Assembly (NCBI GenBank): GCA_963575745.1
Contig: CAUYUJ010000001.1
Location: forward strand, 2,480,001-2,544,000
Origin: Prorocentrum cordatum
Taxonomy: Eukaryota
Direction of reading: 5' to 3'
DNA: 64,000 nt
Positions within the stretch are counted from its first letter, which is position 1. The number at the start of each line of letters is the position of its first letter. Shown piece after piece: positions 12,997 through 26,229 of the stretch. Under the pieces are notes generated by a model. The model had not been told where the DNA came from and did no database searches. It saw only the letters and a program-made list of their open reading frames with translations. The position numbers and the translations under genes were made by a program.

Positions 12997-13835
12997 GACA
13001 CCCCCAGTGGGACCTTCGGTGGAGCTCCCCATGGGGCCACGAAGCGTTGTCCTGGGTGGGGGAGACGCATGCGAACACCCCTACTGGGACCTTAGGTGGA
13101 GCTCCCTATGGGGCCCCGAAACGCTGTCCTGGGTGGGGGAGACGCATGCGAACACCTCCACTTGGGCCTTCGGTGGAGCTCCCTATGGGGCCACGAAACG
13201 CTGTCCTGGGTGGGGGAGACGCATGCGAACACCCTTATTGGGACCTTCGGTGGAGCTCCCGATGGGGCCACGAAGCGCTGTCCTGGGTGGGGGAGACGCA
13301 TGCGAACACCCCTACTGGGACCTTCGGTGGAGCTCCCTATGGGGCCACGAAACGCTGTCCTGCGTGGGGGAGACGCATGCGAACACCCCTATTGGGACCT
13401 TCGGTGGAGCTCCCTACGGGGCCACGAAACAGTGTCCTGGGTGGGGGAGACGCATGCGAACACCCCCACTTGGGCCTTCGGTGGAGCTCCCTATGGGGCC
13501 ACGAAACGCTGTCCTGGGTGGGGGAGACGCATGCGAACACCCCCAGTGGGACCTTCGGTGGAGCTCCCTATGGGGCCACGAAACGCTGTCCTGGGTGGGG
13601 GAGACGCATGCGAACACCCCTACTGGGACCTTCGGTGGAGCTCCCTATGTATGGGGCCACGAAACGCTGTCCTGCGTGGGGGAGACGCATGCGAACACCC
13701 CTGTTGGGACCTTCAGTGGAGCTCCCTATGGGGCCACGAAACGCTGTCCTGGGCGGGGGAGACGCATGCGAACGCCCCCAGTGGGACCTTCGGTGGAGCT
13801 CCCTATGGGGCCACGAAACGTGTGAGGGGTGTGAC
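12997..13835. repeat. 77-bp tandem repeat, ~11 units, sharing its core with the 90-bp unit
   Basis: Core CCTTCGGTGGAGCTCCCTATGGGGCCACGAAACG recurs every 77 bp from ~13013 to ~13787, with one 4-bp TATG duplication near 13646. Confidence 0.95.
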
Positions 13836-14030
13836 GACATGGGCGGTGGGGACGGTGATGAAGACGATGATGAGGATGAGGATGTGGATGAGGATGATGC
13901 TGCAGATGATCATTCTGACGGAAGAGAGAAGAGGAGGGGGAGGAGGGAGGAGGGGGAGGAGGAAGGAAGAGAGGAACGCGGGGCACCGTCTCTTCAAAAC
14001 GAGGACCCAACACCACAGGATGGTTGGGAA

Positions 14031-15800
<1,770 letters not shown>

Positions 15801-16249
15801 TCATAGACCCTCGTGGTAATCATCGTCGTCGTCGTCGGTGTCGTGATTGGAGAGAACACTTTCTACCGTTCCTTGGCTGGCAAGAATTGCCAAACTCTTA
15901 CCTCAACGAACCGGGGGGGCCCCCCCCCCGTCAAAAACCCCCCCCCCCCCCCCTTTTCGTACAACACTCCCCCACCCCCTCGCCAGGTAACCCCCGCTCC
16001 CCCCAAACACGCCCTCCGATTCCTAAACCCAGAGGGGGGGTTCACCCCCCCCCCCCTCCCCCCTCTCCTCGGATTTGACAAATTAAGGGGGGGAAGGAGT
16101 TTCAAAACCATTTCTGCCCCCCACCCGCCCACGCGCCGCCGGCACCTGACAACGGCGAGCGTCGAAGCCAAACGACGGCGACGACGACGAGCGCTGGCGC
16201 CGAACGACAGGGTCGAACCAGCCCGCGCCACCCCCCCTTCCGCGGAAAC

Positions 16250-16715
16250 CACATGCACTGCAACCGCAACGCAAATTCAACGCAGTGCAAAGCAATGCGA
16301 CGCAACAGGATGCAAGGCAACGCAAGGCAACGCAACGCAATGCGCAATTATGCAATGCAATACGATGCATTGCGACGCAGTGCAACCCCCTGCAATTCAA
16401 TCCGCTGCAATGCAATGTGTGCGTCGTCACGTGGTAGCATCGCGAGGCCGGGGAAAAAACATACTTCCCGCTCAACTCGCCACGTGGCAACGCCTTGCAG
16501 AGCAGAGCAGATCCCGCGCGGCCACCAGGCGGGTCCTGCACAGGACACGGGAGGAAAATAGCATGCACAGATTTCCTGCAACACACAAGCACACCCACAA
16601 CACACGCACCACATCACAACACATAACAGCACAACACGAATAACAACATAATACAACACACAACACAACACAACCGGACACGACACCACAATGCACCCAC
16701 ACACACGCGCGCGCG
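16250..16715. repeat. (GCAAC/GCAAT)n and (CACAA)n degenerate pentamer tracts
   Basis: Direct reading. Lies at the 3' end of the minus-strand LINE. Confidence 0.75.
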
Positions 16716-16724
16716 CGAATGCCG

Positions 16725-19700
16725 TCGCTCAGATGCCGTCCGCCCACCGGCACGTCTGGCGGCCCAGCCTCCTGGAGGCCTCTTGACCAGGCACTGTTGG
16801 CCGAATCGACCAATGATACACGCGACAGACGATGCCTGCCGGCTGCTTTGCGACCGTCTCGATCATTGCCTCGCGCCTGGCTCCAGACCGCCGCGCGAGT
16901 GCCGTCCCACGCAGATTTCTATCTTTCTGTCATGCGATGCCCTGAATTATGCCATTCCCCTTATCGCGTCCAAACCTAGCCCGCGATGCATCACCTTCCG
17001 TTGTGCTCCATCGAATTTCTCCAACCGCGCTACTGTGAGCGGGGTTGTTGAAAGACTGCATGAGACTGTCGGGCTGACGACGTCGTCGAACAATCTCAGG
17101 CGCAATGTGGCCGGGATCTCGCGGTCGAGCAAGGCATGGCGCAGCTCATGGAAACGAACCCCTGCGCGCGACAGACGATGATCAATATTTCTCTGCCACC
17201 GCGGTGCCAGATCTCCCGGCGAAGACTTTCCAAGGTACTTGCGGGGGGAACCTGCCTTGATGACTTCCACGAACGTGCCCGGGATGTCTACCAGCGGGCG
17301 TTGACCCAGAGGATGCCGCGGCATCCGTCGTCAGAAGCATCCTTGTCGATGGGAGTGCGCGGGCGTCTGATGCCGCGGCATCCGTCGCCCGTCCGCGCAA
17401 AAACTTCGCAGAGAGTATGGGGCCATCCGCGAAGCGGGCGTTCGTCGGCCTGTCAGGGGCGTCGCCAGAAAGCTGGACACCACGCTCGGCACTCAAGCGC
17501 GCCATCCACCGGCGCACGGCGACTCCGGTGGCTGCGTTGAACAGAAGCGGGCTTAATATGTCCCCTATTCTAACTCCACGGCAGATCGAAAACGAAGGCA
17601 GTCGACAATGCCCACCTGATCAGAATATATTCATTACGACTGGACCAAGTACTTGTCTGGCAACCCAAGCCCTGTCAACGAGTTCAGAAGGGCGTCGTGC
17701 TCGAGTGAGTCGAAGGCTTTGCGAAGGTCCACGCTTAACGCCCACAAAAGAATAATCCACTCCAGGGGTGCCCCGACCATGCGCTCGAGGGTCGTCAGAG
17801 CCTCGTCGACTCCGCGGGCTGTCCGGGGACCCATCAGCTCATCTGAGATTTGCGGGTCCAGATGTGGAAAAAGTCGCTCGTGAATCGTCTCGGCGAAAAC
17901 TTCATCAACGACGTCGAAGATGGCTGCCGGCCACCTTGCGCCGGCATCTCCAGAAATACCCCGTGCTTGTCAGCGCGCTTGCCCTTTGAGAGAGCTTGCA
18001 ATGCGTCGACTAACTCGTCCATCGTACAAAGATGAATGTCTCTCAACTGCATCGCGCCACCCTCTTGTCTGCTTGCTGGCGCCTGGTCTGAAGCGCGCAA
18101 CTCCCCGAGCATCCTTGCGAAATCTATCGGCTTCGACGGGTTCAGCAGCCATTGTGTGAAGCCGGTGGAGGTCGCGAAATTCTGTGAGCTGCTCTTCCAG
18201 CCGCCGCGTCTGCCAACGACGCAATGCTTTCCTCGTCTTCTTGGCCATTTCCTGTGGCGCAGAAGCGCGCGCCCCTCGCGATCTGTGCGATGTCTCCATC
18301 GTTTCCTCAAGACTTCGAGCTCTGCTGCGCCCCGCTGTCGGTCTTGCAGCTGGGCCCCAGTCGCGCCAGAGTCGCGCGCGGCTGCTCTCGCGGCGCCTTG
18401 TAGTTCGCGCCAAGATAAGTCCCCGACGTCGCCCGAGAGAACTTCCGATTCCTTCTCGCAGGTCGGAGAGCCCGCCCATTTCATCGACGATTTCTTTTTC
18501 CTCTTGCTGGCGCCTGCAGGAGGCGCGAGGAAAGACGCGCAAACGGCGCGACGATCAGATCCACGATCGAGTACGTTCGCGGCTGCCGAACCAGACAAAA
18601 TTAGCGAAGAGGAACAAAATATGTAATCAATCTCGCGCATATGCCCCAAGGTGACTTTGAGTGCCCACTGCAGCCCCCGATCCAACTCGACGCCGTGTGC
18701 TGCGCGCGTGCCGTTTTCTGATGCGAGACCAGAAAGGAGATCCCCACGAGCGCCGCATTTCAGAATGGCATTGAAATCGCCAATCCAAAGGGCGCGCCGC
18801 TTCTGCCGAGCCGGCTCCGCCAACGCATGTCGCAGCCCGCCGTGGGACTTGTCCAAATCCGCCCTTGCATGCCCGGCGCGTGGAGCGCCGTGCCCCGCGC
18901 GCGCTCCGCCCCGGAGGGGGGGGGGGGGGCGGGGGGGGTTGGGGGGGGCAGGGAAGGGGGGGGGGGGGCAGGGATGGGGTTGGGCCTGGGTGGCCAGCGT
19001 TGCCCGCCAGGGGAAAAACGCGCTCTCAGAGACGCAGATCGCCCAGAAGTATTGTCCACCGTTGTCCACGTCTACGAACCAATGTCTGCCATAAAACTTA
19101 CGAGCGTGACTGGCTTTGTCAGCGATGCGCGAGTGGAGTGGGATCGATGTGCCTAGGTGTCTCACGTGAGCATCTGCACTCGAATTTAAGCGGTGCCCTC
19201 CTGCCATCACGACGTTGCCATCAGCAGCCCGTGTCTCGCTGAAACCAACGACGCCCCAGATGATCCCGTTAAATTCGGCAAGCAAATTCAACAGTCCTGT
19301 CGGAGAATTGGTTCTTGCATTCTTGCGGAAAGCCTTGAAGCATGTAAATGAATTATGTGCAGGGTCGGCGGTGAAACATGTAGCCGTGCGGGGTGACCTC
19401 TAATGCCCGAGCTTTCCTTTGCCCACTCCCTTGCCGATGCCGCGATGGATCTTTTCCGTGAGCTCTTTTACTAAGTCCGTCCACTCTGCCTTCTGGAAAT
19501 GTTCCTCCCAACCCTGCTCGAAACAGATGCGGATGTCGTCGTTGTCGGTGCTCACCTTCATCGCGAGGCCGCCGGCTAGCTTCAAGGCGTTCGTTTCAGG
19601 ATTTGCCCGCAGAGCAGATTTGCTGTACCATTCGGCAAGGGGCGCTTCGCAGCGAAGCTTATCGAATTAGGGATGCGCGCCTTCAGCGGCAAGTCCGGCT

Positions 19701-20494
19701 TAACCCGCATCGCCCCCGCCCCTGCCACTCGAACTTTGCACCTCGCACTCTGGACGCAACCGTATAACGCTCTGCTTGGGATGCAGACCGTGCGAACCAT
19801 ATGCCTGTGAAGTCGCCATTGACGGATGTCTCGAGCGGCGCTGGCGCTTCGATGTGCTCGAGCTGCCGCGCCACCCAAAATCCTCCGTCATCGCGCCATC
19901 TTTCGAAACTGCCCATGTCAATCCCCCAATGGCCGCCACTGTGTCTGTTCCGTTGGGTTGTGACCCCAGGTTTGCGAACTTCTCCTCGAGCTCGGCCATC
20001 TGCTTGTTTATCTCTGTCTCGTATGAAACACTCCTCTGCGATGGGGTTAATGACCCACCCCTCTGCTCCAAAGCAACGACTCTGGCAGACAGGACCCGAA
20101 CCGCCCCATTCACTGGGTTTACCGCGCTCTGAATGTCCTGCCTGGAGATGCCATGCGCCTTGATAGCCTCGATGTCCGCCTGAATTGGGCGAAGGTGCTG
20201 TTTAAACATCTGCGTCATCGGCTCCATCGTGATGCCTTCCTGCCTCCCCATCTCGCCCTCGCTTCCTGCTCGCCCCGCGAGCGCAACGCCCATCCCCGCT
20301 ACCTCCACGTCATGGTCCATCTCCTGCAACGGACTGGTGAGGCGAGCGCTCTTATCAGGACGTCGGTCGGGTGTGCTCAAAACAGGCCTCTCTCCCCTCA
20401 CAAACTCTGAACCAGATGAACCCGAAGAAATCCACGGGTCAGTTCCATTCACGAGCTTTCCCGCTGGAGTTTTCACCATACGCGTATTCGCCAT
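16725..20494 (-). mobile_element. Near full-length decayed non-LTR retrotransposon (ORF1 + APE-RT ORF2, RTE-like C-terminus)
   Basis: ORF1 (20494 to ~19400) has a coiled-coil stretch (QMAELEEKFANL). ORF2 APE motifs: VVGFSETR, WIGDFNA, EIDYIF, SDRRAV. RT motifs: VDLRKAFDSLEH, GVRIGDILSPLLFN, RFADG. C-terminus: RLRLFDDVVSPT, GRQTCRWADGI. Several frameshifts. Confidence 0.9.
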
Positions 20495-20639
20495 CCTGAA
20501 CAGAAAGAACGAAATATGTGCGTCCTGGCGCCCCAACAGTAGGCGGATTATATATGTGCGTACTGGCGCCCCAACAGGAGGCGGAATATGTGGAGTATGT
20601 GGGATATTGCGCCAAATGGCGGGCGACAACATACTATTC

Positions 20640-22110
20640 CGCTCTACTCGTCACGTCGCAGCGCCGCCGGGTTGACAAAAAAAAATTCCGCACCGCCTGG
20701 GGGGGCGAACAAACATACTATTCCACAACATTCGTTCCGTGGCACGGCCGCTTGGGGCCGAAAAAGTACCAACTCCACTTGCCACGTGGCAGCCTGGAGG
20801 CGCGACGAAACAGTACTCCGTCCACTCTACTTGTCACGTGGCAGCGCCGCGGGGACCGAAGCAACAAACAATTCCACTCCATTCGTCACGTGGTAACGCC
20901 GCGGGGGCCGAAAACAATACCATGCCAGTCCACTCGCCACGTGGCAACGCATGTAGGCGCGACGAAATCGTATTCCATTATAGTCGTCACGTGGCAGCGC
21001 CACGGGAGCCGAGACAAACATTATGCCACGAGGACGGCGACGAGGACGACGACGAGAACGACGACGACGATGATAATGATGACAACGATGACGAGGGCCA
21101 GGAAGGCGAACAACAATTCTATCCTATCCTCCTCCTCGTCCTTCTCCCTCCCCCTGTCCTCCTCCCTCCTGCATCCTCCCTCATCCTTCCGTCCTATCCC
21201 ATCCTCACTCCTCCCCATCCCCTCCTCCCCCCCTCCTCCCTCTTCGCTCTTCCTTCTTTCTCCCCTCCTCTCTACCTTCCTCCCTTCTCCTCCCTCCTGT
21301 CCTCCCCGTCGCCCACAATTTACTACAACGCAGTATACTGCAAATGCAATGCAAATGCAACGTAGTTCAATGCATGCAACGCAACAGGATCGTCGGTTGA
21401 CCGGTTGGTTGGCTAGTGACTGGTTGGTCGGCAAGTAGGTAGGTTGGTTGGCTGGTTGATTGGGCGGCTGCCGCGTGGCAACGCCACTCTACTCGTTACG
21501 TGGCAGCGCGGCGGGGGCCGGAACAAATACTATTCCACTCTATTCGCCACGTGGCACCGCCTGGCGGGGACCGACAAAATACTATTCCACGATTCATCAC
21601 GTGCGAACGCCGCGGGGGCCAACAACAAATACAAAACCACTCCACGCACCACATGCCAACGACTGAAGGCGCGAGGAAACAGTATTCCATCCACTCTTTT
21701 CGTCACGTGGCAGCGCCACGGGGGCCGGAAAACAAAAACAACTATTCCACTCCGTTCGGCACGTGGCAACCTTGAGGGGGCCGACAACAAACACTGTGTC
21801 TCTTCACTCGCCGTGTCGCAACGCCTGTAGGCGCGAAGACAACATATTCAGAAATAACCGTCACGTGGCAGCGCCGCGTGTACCGAAAAAACCAGTGTGC
21901 CACGACGACGACGAGGACGACGACGAGATTGACGATGATGACGACGATGACCAGGGCCAGGGAGGCGAACAACAATTCTATCGTATTCTCCTCGTCCTTC
22001 TTCCTCCCCCCTCCCTTCTCCCTCATCCATCCTCCCTCCTTCCCCCCCCTTCCTCCCTCCTCCCCCTCCCCTCCTCCCCCCTCCTGACCCCCTCACTCCT
22101 CCTTCCCCCC
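20640..22110 (-). repeat. Two blocks of the CACGTG ~50-bp repeat, each followed by a (GAC)n + CT-rich module
   Basis: GTCACGTGGCAGCGC recurrences. The module CACGA..GACGACGAG...GGCGAACAACAATTCTATC occurs at ~21025 and ~21900. Confidence 0.75.
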
Positions 22111-22867
22111 CCTTTCTCTAATGATTTTATAAATGCGCTCGGCGACATCGGTGCCAATCGATTTAGTGAGATGGATAGCTAGATAAACAGTGAGACCAAT
22201 ACATATATATATATATATATATATATAAATGATAAGCACTTGTCCTGGTGGTTGTCCCGATAACTGTTCCGATGGTTTGTCCCGTGATGGTCCCGACGGT
22301 TTCCCCGATGGTTTTCCCGATGGTTGTCCCGTCGGTTGGAGGGGTACGGGGGGGTGGGTTTGAACCCCCCTCCCCTCCCCTTCCCGAGGGGAGAGGTGGG
22401 GGGGGGTCTGAACCCCCACACCCCCATTCTCCCAACTGCGTCAGAAGACGCTTTTCCGCGATTGTGATCGTGATCGTAATCGCGCTTGTAACAGCTGTAG
22501 TCGTAATCGTCGTCGTGGTAATAATCGTAATCGCAGTCGTAAGCGTCGTCGTCGTCGTCGTCGCATCGGACAATATTGTCCTTCTACTGTTGGGCGGGCT
22601 GGATCATGTTGGGGGGTTGTATGTTCCCTGGGCAACCGTGTACGACAAAGGAATTGTGCGCACGTGTGAAAAGAGGAATGCAATGTATCGACACGTTATT
22701 CGCCGAACGCGTTGCTCACATTCTCCGCTTTCGTCTCGTCGTCGCCGTCGTTGTTGTGCGGCGGGTGCCGCGGATGATTGATTCTTTTCCGCAATTGGTG
22801 GCAACCCTGTCCTTCAATAAGGTCGCCGGGAAGATTAGCTACCCCCTGTCAGGGGGGTCATCTCACG

Positions 22868-22996
22868 TCGGGGATCTTCTGACCCGGGTCAATCCAGACC
22901 CGGGACAGGCAGGCCCTGCAGGATCCTGAAACATCCTGAAACAGCCGGCGCTCTGGCTGACCCCCGTTTGCATTGACCCCGTCCCTCGATTCCCGA
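22868..22996. mobile_element. TCGGG-MITE family A, copy 1
   Basis: TCGGGGATCTTCTGACCCGGGTCAATCCAG...GATTCCCGA; flanks TCACG/TCAAG (4/5). Confidence 0.8.
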
Positions 22997-23160
22997 TCAA
23001 GACCTCTGTGAGCTAGCTCGGCCAGACTTCGGCCCACATTTGGCCGCAGGGGCGTTGCCCCAAAGGAGGGGGCGGCGGTGCTTCGCCGCAGGCGCTCTGA
23101 CAAGAAGGGCATCGAGAGGTCTCTCGGGCGGATGCTAGGGGGGGTGGCCGGGTGGCCTAA

Positions 23161-23284
23161 ACGAGGGAAGGATTGCAACGAAGGATTGCAAAAAACGAAG
23201 GATTGCAAAAACCGAAGGATTGCAAAAAACGAAGGATTGCAAAAAACCCTTGCAATCCTAAGTTTTTTGCAATCCTTCGTTCGA
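23161..23284. repeat. Foldback-like element of CGAAGGATTGCAAAAA units with an inverted terminal copy
   Basis: Five direct GAAGGATTGCAA units followed by TTTTTGCAATCCTTCGTTCGA. Confidence 0.7.
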
Positions 23285-23454
23285 GTGGGGAGGGCCCTGA
23301 AGAGGCTCTTCAGGGCCTTGGGGCCAGCAGGGGCCCCGAAGGGAGGGGCCCGGCAGTGCCCGCTCGGTGCCCTTTCCTTCCCCCCCCCCCCCATTCAGGT
23401 CACCCCTCATTCGCGCCCGCCCTCGCCTTCTCCAGTTCTTCCTCCTCTGCATGG

Positions 23455-23610
23455 TGCCCTGGGACACACACAAATAGACCAAAGAGAACAGGATTCCCCT
23501 ATATTTTCCCACATTGTCTGGGACTGTGTCCTCCCCCCCCCCGTCCCATCTTTTCCACTATTCTCTGGGGAATCGACGGTTCATTGTGCCCGTGTGTCTT
23601 TTCCCCTCCT
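23455..23610 (+). repeat. Dispersed repeat, copy 1 of 3
   Basis: GCCCTGGGACACACACAAATA...GATTCCCCTATATTTTCCC...TCGACGGTT..TTGTG also occurs at 40678-40840 and 40998-41110. Confidence 0.75.
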
Positions 23611-23924
23611 GGTCCTCCTCCTCCTCGCTCTCTGGGCCTCCTAACGGCTATCGGGTCCCTAACGGCGATCAATGGACGATTGGGGGTCGATGCGTCCCCC
23701 CCGAACCTAACCCTCCTAGCGTTGCCCCTCAGACGCAGGTCCCGCCATAAGACCATACATTAGACGGATGAGGAGGAGGAGGATGAGAAGGAGGATGATG
23801 AGGAGGAGGATGAGGAAGAGGAAGAGGAGGAGGAGGAGGATGAGGAGGAGGAGGAGGAGGAGGAGGAGGAGGAGGAGGATCGGCCACGCGCCGACAGAGG
23901 GCTGAACCTACAGGCGGGCTTGGT

Positions 23925-24042
23925 TGGACAGGACACGCGAGAGGACACAAGACCCTTCCGAGGGCCACATCGCCACAGGAATGTAAGAGGCATGGGTCGC
24001 GAGACACAAGACACAAGAACACCCTTGATTTGGCGAGGTCGC
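23925..24042 (+). repeat. Dispersed ~115-bp repeat, copy 1 of 2
   Basis: GAGAGGACACAAGACCCTTCCGAGGG...CACCCTTGATTTGGC also occurs at 29852-29965. Confidence 0.85.
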
Positions 24043-24612
24043 CCTACTAATCCGGGCTGAACCTAAACGGTGCTTTCCGTTTTCGTTTTGTCTCCGTTGT
24101 CCCTCGCTCCTGTCTCGAATCCGCCTTTGCCGCAGAGCGAAGTCGGAACGAAAACGGCCCACGAAATCGTACAAAACACCGTCTGGGTCCAGCCCTGCTC
24201 GGACATGGACGAGGGATGCGAGGATCTGGCGCGCGGGCGCTCACATCCAGGGATCGGGGAAAGACCCCCCCGAGACGTGTGAACAAGACCGCCTTGGCCT
24301 GGCGATGGGGCGCGCCGATGCTGCACGGGAGCGGGGCCCCGTCGCTAATCCACGCGGCTTCATCCGTGTTTCCGCCTCCTCGACTCCTGGCTCTACATGC
24401 TAACTCAGATCTCCCCCGCCCAACAGGGCGGGGCATGTGAGCGCTGCCTTCGGGCCTCCCTGCTGGGTGCTACGTTGAGCACCGAGCACCTTCTGCGAAT
24501 GCCCGCTCCATCCTCGACCCCTTGGGCCAAACGGGCGCGGCGCGAGATGTGACGACCGCGCCATGCCTCTTCCTCCTCCTCCTCCTCCTCCTCCTCCTCC
24601 TCCTCCTCCTCA

Positions 24613-24634
24613 TCCGCAGCCTTTTTGGCTCAAA
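24613..24634 (+). other. Relict dinoflagellate spliced leader
   Basis: TCCGCAGCCTTTTTGGCTCAAA vs TCCGTAGCCATTTTGGCTCAAG, 19/22, directly after a (CCT)n tract. Confidence 0.75.
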
Positions 24635-24907
24635 ATGATGAGTTCCACAAAGAGACAAGTGGATACCCCTAGTCTGCGGTTTGAATTCGACGCTCGTCTG
24701 GTCAACCCCAGACGGAGTGCATCGAGGTCCGCCCCTCGTTGCACATCCATTGCCACGACTGGGCTGCGCGCTGGCCGGTGGCTGCCGCCCTCGTGGGCAG
24801 ACCTCAGCATGCTCGTGGCCACGTGCCTTGCGCTCATGACGGCTGCCCGTTGAAGTGGAATTGGAAGCAGCAAGTGACTCATATTGGAGATGCGGAGGTC
24901 CATTCAG

Positions 24908-25075
24908 TCGGGTGTTGCTAGAAGTGCCCCTGGCCCAAGGCACCCCCAGCGTTTCGCTCCATCTGGGAGCCCCTGGGGCCCTCTGGGCCTCGTGAGGGGT
25001 GCCCTGGAGGCCGTCTGGGCCACCCCGAGAATCCTGGGGGTACCTTGGGCCAGGGGTACTTCTAGCAACGCCCGA
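24908..25075. mobile_element. TCGGG-MITE family B (~42-bp TIRs)
   Basis: TCGGGTGTTGCTAGAAGTGCCCCTGGCCCAAGGCACCCCCAG / CTGGGGGTACCTTGGGCCAGGGGTACTTCTAGCAACGCCCGA; flanks TTCAG/TTCAC. Confidence 0.85.
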
Positions 25076-25322
25076 TTCACGCCTGCGCCGACCTTCCCTC
25101 CGTGGCGCGAGGCCGAGGGAGCTCGGGCCAGGGGGCCTCCTGCCCTCACAGGCAAGGCCCGGCGGAGGTAAGGGCGACACCGCCGCCCGGGGCCCCTCGT
25201 CAGCAGCCACCAGGCCAGGTGGGCAGTGCCGCCCGCAACGCCACGTCGCAGCTTGTCCGCCATGGCCGTCGACCGCGACGGCACCCAGAAGGAGGAGGAG
25301 GAGGAGGAGGAGGAGGAGGAGC

Positions 25323-25354
<32 letters not shown>

Positions 25355-25979
25355 GAGGAGGAGGAGGAGGAGGAGGAGGAGGAGGAGGAGGAGTGGGAGG
25401 AGCTGGCGTAGGTGGAGGAGAAGGAGGAGGTAGAGGAGCAGGGCGACCCGCTCGCGCCCGCCACGGGCCAGCTGCCGGAGGCCTTCATGCGTCGCTGTCC
25501 AGCAACCACGGAGCAGCTCCCGGCTGTCAAGCGCGCGGCGGCACCTCCTGCCCAAGCGCAGGCACCGACCAGACCTCAGGCGGAGCGGGAGCGGGAGCGC
25601 AACGCCTCGCGGTGGCTGCACGCAAGACTGATGAGGCTTTGGCGAAGGCTGTCGCTTACGAGCGAGAATGTGAGCAGCGACGTGCCAGAACACGTGAAGC
25701 AGTTCATGGACACGCCCAAGAAGCAACATATGCCCGTCTACAGCATGAACAGCAGAACGCTGGTTTCCAATTGTGTGATGAGATGTCGAGCGGGGGCCTT
25801 GTCGTCGTCTCGACATCTTCGGCCTGCCTTGGGTTCGCCGCTTGATCGTTTCGTCCCACTTTGAAATTGAATCGGATCTTGAGTTCGAGCTGGTGGAACG
25901 CCCCGCATGTTTCTCCCCCGCCTGTCGTGGTCGCGCTCGGTTCGCTCCGTTGCGGAATTGAATATCTCGGGCGATGGCT

Positions 25980-26094
25980 TCGGAACTGAATCGGATCTTG
26001 AGCTCGAGCTGGTCGCGCGCGCCGTGCGTCTCGACTGGAACTAGCCCGAGCTATGCGTTCAGGCAATTCGAGCTTAAGATCCGAATCAGTTCGG
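25980..26094. mobile_element. Inverted-repeat element (~31-bp arms), with an extra left arm at ~25862
   Basis: CGGAACTGAATCGGATCTTGAGCTCGAGCTG vs the reverse complement of CAATTCGAGCTTAAGATCCGAATCAGTTCGG. Confidence 0.65.
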
Positions 26095-26229
26095 TTACGA
26101 TTCTGACGCCACGGACGGCTTGATCCACAATACAATAGGGCGCGTCACGGTTCAACGCGGCGAGACACGTTGAACTCAGCAAAGCACGGCGCAGTACAGC
26201 ACAGCCCGTGGCACGGTCCATCACGATCG

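Noticed and set aside
12541..13835. CRISPR array
   Set aside because: The palindromic ~34-bp core is CRISPR-like, but the intervening sequences are near-identical rather than unique spacers, there are no cas genes, and the context is eukaryotic.
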